Translations under genes and position numbers: made by a program
Notes under the pieces: model-generated
The model's input: the letters and a program-made list of their open reading frames with translations, nothing else
What the model was told of the DNA's origin: nothing
Databases searched by the model: none
Assembly: GCA_040005235.1 (NCBI GenBank)
Contig: JBDTZG010000007.1
Location: 1 to 64,000 of the forward strand
Reading direction: 5' to 3'
Source: Acidobacteriota bacterium
GTDB lineage: Bacteria; Acidobacteriota; Thermoanaerobaculia; Multivoradales; UBA5704
Length of the DNA: 64,000 bases
Part shown: positions 61,152 through 64,000 of the stretch, piece by piece
Position numbering within the stretch: the stretch's first letter is position 1
Layout: every line of letters starts with the position of its first letter

Positions 61152-63332
61152 ATGCCGCCGGTGTTCAAGAACATTTCCTGGAATTTGTCGGGCCTCATGG
61201 ATGCGATCTCTTCGGGCCACATCGGCTTGCCCGACCTGCAACGCCCCTTTGTCTGGCCGAACAAGAAGGCCCGGGATCTCTTCGACTCGATGTACCGCGG
61301 CTACCCGGTCGGCTACTTCCTGTTTTGGGAGAACGCCGGCTCGGGCGGACATGCCATCGGAGAAGGCTCCAAGCAGATGGCCGCCCAGCTCCTGGTGATC
61401 GACGGACAGCAGCGCTTGACGTCTCTTTACGCGGTGCTCCGCGGTCAGCCGGTCAAGCGGCAGGACTTCTCGGTCGAGAACATTCAAATCGCCTTCCGGC
61501 CGTTCGACGGCTCGTTCGAGGTGGCTGACGCCGCGATCCGCAAGGACGCCTCATGGATTCCCGACATCTCGGTGATCTGGAAGCCGGACACGGACCTGTT
61601 CGAGCTGGCGAGCGATTACCTGGAACGCCTCGCGGCGGTGCGGGAGGTCACGAACGAGGATCGGCGCGCGAGCCAGCAGGCGATCATGCGGGTGAGCCAA
61701 CTCGCGAACTTCCCGTTCACGGCCCTGGCGCTCGAAGGGGATCTCGACGAAGAGCAGGTGGCCGACGTCTTCGTTCGGATCAACAGCAAGGGGACGCCGC
61801 TCAATCAGGCAGACTTCATTCTGACGCTGATGTCGGTGTTCAAGGAGGCGCAGCGGGTGGAGCTGGAGACCTTCTGCCAATTCGCGCGGATTCCGGCGCA
61901 CGCGGGAGCCTCGCCGTTCAACCGCTTCCTCGAACCGGATCCCGATCACCTCCTCCGGGTGAGCGTCGGCCTCGGTTTCCGGCGCGCCCGCCTTTTGCAC
62001 GTCTATTCGATCCTGCGCGGCAAGGATTTGGAGACCGGAGTTTTCACGCCCGAGCGCCGGGACCGGCAGTTCGCCGTGCTGGACCAGGCGCAAGCCGCGA
62101 CGCTCAATCTCCAAAATTGGCACGACTTCTGGAGATGCCTGTTGCGGGCGGGCTTCCAGAGCGGCTCGATGGTCACCTCGAAGAACGCCATTCTGTACGC
62201 CTATACCTTCTTCCTCATCGGCAAGCGCGATTTCAAGGTCGATCATCATCGGCTGCGCAACACGATCGCTCGCTGGTTCTTCTTCGTTTCCTTGACCGGC
62301 CGATACACCGATTCGACCGAGACCAAGATGGAGCAGGATCTCGCCGATCTGCGCGACATTTCGACCGGAGAGCAGTTTGTCGCTCACCTCGAACGGGTGA
62401 TGACGTCGACGCTCACGCGCGACTACTGGAGCTTCACGCTGCCGACCGAGCTCACCTCCTCGTCGGCGCGAAGCCCGGCGCTGTCGGCATACCACGCGGC
62501 CCTCAACCTGCTCGACGCGCGGGCCTTGTTCTCGACGTTGCGCGTCCGGGACCTGCTCGACCCCGCGGCCCGGGGAAAGCGGGCGACGCTCGAACGGCAC
62601 CATCTCTTCCCCAAGGCTTACCTGCAGAAACTCGGCACCGATAGCCGCCGCGATACGAACCAGATCGCGAACTACGCTCTGATCGAGTGGCCGGACAACT
62701 CGGAGGTCGGCAAAAGGCCGCCACGGGAGTACTTCCCTCTCCTGATCGCCGGAAAGTCCGCCGAGGAGATCCAGCGGATGGCGTTCTGGCACGCGCTTCC
62801 CAAGGGTTGGGAAAAAATGGAGTACTCCCGGTTCCTCGAAGAACGCCGGAAGCTGATGGCCCAGGTGGTCCAGGCGGGCTTCGACAGCTTGGCCTCAGCA
62901 TCCCTGCAAGGGTTCGAGCCGGCGGCCGATATGCCGGCCGAAGCGGAAGGCACGGAAAGCTTGGCCGATCAGGCGTTGAGCCTGTTGGAACCTGAAGCGG
63001 CTGAATATTTTCAGGAGCTGCTCGCCGAGCCCCTGATCGCGCTGGAGCGCTTGCGCGCCGAGGTCCGCGGCTACGTGGCGAAGCTCGAAAGCCTGGCGGC
63101 GTACGAATCGGGCCTGGACATCGACCGCGCGCGGCGGATCGGCGACCGCTGTCTTCATCTACTCGAGACCCCGGGCCGAAGCGAAGACGAAATTCGGCTG
63201 GTACAGGCCGCGGTATCGCATTTCACCGTGGAGGACGACCTCGCCTCGGATCTCGGACCGAACGGTTTCCTGGACGACGAAGCCGCCGTGGCGGCGGTCG
63301 AGGCGGTCCTTCGGAGCCGGCGCGCGGCGTGA
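61152..63332 (+). CDS. Fused GmrSD-family (DUF262 + HNH) type IV restriction-like nuclease with extra C-terminal domain
   Basis: LPDLQRPFVW, GYPVG..LFW, IDGQQRLTSL, F.RINS.G; HNH region ERHHLFPK...IANY.....DN. Confidence 0.88.
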   Translation: MPPVFKNISWNLSGLMDAISSGHIGLPDLQRPFVWPNKKARDLFDSMYRGYPVGYFLFWENAGSGGHAIGEGSKQMAAQLLVIDGQQRLTSLYAVLRGQPVKRQDFSVENIQIAFRPFDGSFEVADAAIRKDASWIPDISVIWKPDTDLFELASDYLERLAAVREVTNEDRRASQQAIMRVSQLANFPFTALALEGDLDEEQVADVFVRINSKGTPLNQADFILTLMSVFKEAQRVELETFCQFARIPAHAGASPFNRFLEPDPDHLLRVSVGLGFRRARLLHVYSILRGKDLETGVFTPERRDRQFAVLDQAQAATLNLQNWHDFWRCLLRAGFQSGSMVTSKNAILYAYTFFLIGKRDFKVDHHRLRNTIARWFFFVSLTGRYTDSTETKMEQDLADLRDISTGEQFVAHLERVMTSTLTRDYWSFTLPTELTSSSARSPALSAYHAALNLLDARALFSTLRVRDLLDPAARGKRATLERHHLFPKAYLQKLGTDSRRDTNQIANYALIEWPDNSEVGKRPPREYFPLLIAGKSAEEIQRMAFWHALPKGWEKMEYSRFLEERRKLMAQVVQAGFDSLASASLQGFEPAADMPAEAEGTESLADQALSLLEPEAAEYFQELLAEPLIALERLRAEVRGYVAKLESLAAYESGLDIDRARRIGDRCLHLLETPGRSEDEIRLVQAAVSHFTVEDDLASDLGPNGFLDDEAAVAAVEAVLRSRRAA

Positions 63333-63387
63333 CGGAGTGGCCACCGGCGCTACATGCACCGCGGCTTGGCAGATCCGCCGTATTGGG

Positions 63388-63490
63388 CTAACTGTCCTGT
63401 GTGCGACCGAGCTTCTCCAGCTGCTCGATGTCCGCTAGATCTTGGAGCCGCCCGGAAGCCCGCTTGTTCGTGATGATGTGGGCTCGCGTG
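63388..63490 (-). pseudogene. C-terminal remnant of a nucleotidyltransferase-like gene
   Basis: RAHIITNKRASGRLQDLADIEQLEKLGRTQDS* matches the K.A.GR.(K/Q)D..D terminus of small NTase-fold proteins. No upstream coding continuation. Confidence 0.6.
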
Positions 63491-63642
63491 GGGCTCCGCT
63501 ATCCGCGGCTGCGATTCGCTTTCGGCGTAGCCGAACACGATTCCACGGCCGGGAGCCTCTTTCCGAGCCGGATAGCCCCGACCCAGCGTCGCGAGCCGAT
63601 TTCCGAGGCCGCGGCCTCCTATCGGCGTCTGCGATTCCGATT

Positions 63643-63862
63643 TCGGGACCGCCGCTCCTGTACGGGACCTACATTCCAATTCGGGGACCGCTGATCCAGT
63701 CCTGGGACCGCTGATCCGATTCCGGGACCGTAGATCCGATACCGGGACCGCTGATCCGATTCCGGGACCGTAGATCCGATCCCGGGACCGCTGATCCGAT
63801 CCCGGGACCGTAATTCCGATTCTGGGACGGATAGGTGCTATCCGGGGCGAATAGCCGCTATC
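63643..63862. repeat. 20-bp tandem array (GGGACCGYWGATCCGATWCC), about 10 units
   Basis: GGGACC recurs every 20 nt from 63644 to 63824, with alternating CTGA/TAGA variants. Confidence 0.92.
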
Positions 63863-64000
63863 CACGGCTTAAGGCGGCTATCCGAGAGCGGAAGCGGCTT
63901 TATGGGGGCAGGAAATCGCTCGGAATCACCACCTCGCAGGGTAGCGAGCGGAAATCGCGATCGAGGGTTAAGAGTGGGCAATTCTCGGCCGCGGCCAGTG

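Overview
High-GC bacterial chromosome segment. Gene content (ECF sigma/Ser-Thr kinase pair, ELWxxDGT proteins, bacillithiol genes) suggests Acidobacteriota, possibly Thermoanaerobaculia, but this is inference. The window opens with the 3' end of a group II intron. Core genes include rseP, fluC, rph, a methyltransferase-bshC-bshB1-bshA cluster, yidD, sspB, metH behind a SAM-I/IV-like riboswitch, moeA and a nine-gene arginine operon. Small accessory islets carry an OLD nuclease, GmrSD, intact and broken toxin-antitoxin genes, REP-like palindromes and 20/21-bp periodic arrays. The best candidate for an undescribed system is the arg operon. It has no argA or argJ but contains a translationally coupled DUF1611/DgcN-like P-loop protein, and its transcarbamylase has succinyl-type specificity residues. 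Together these point to a non-GNAT glutamate N-acylation enzyme feeding a possibly succinylated arginine pathway. Other highlights are an AhpD-like selenoprotein split by an in-frame UGA with a SECIS-like hairpin, a likely N-methyl-bacillithiol operon, and recurrent leaderless-type TANNNT boxes. All family assignments come from motif recognition by eye; no database search was run.
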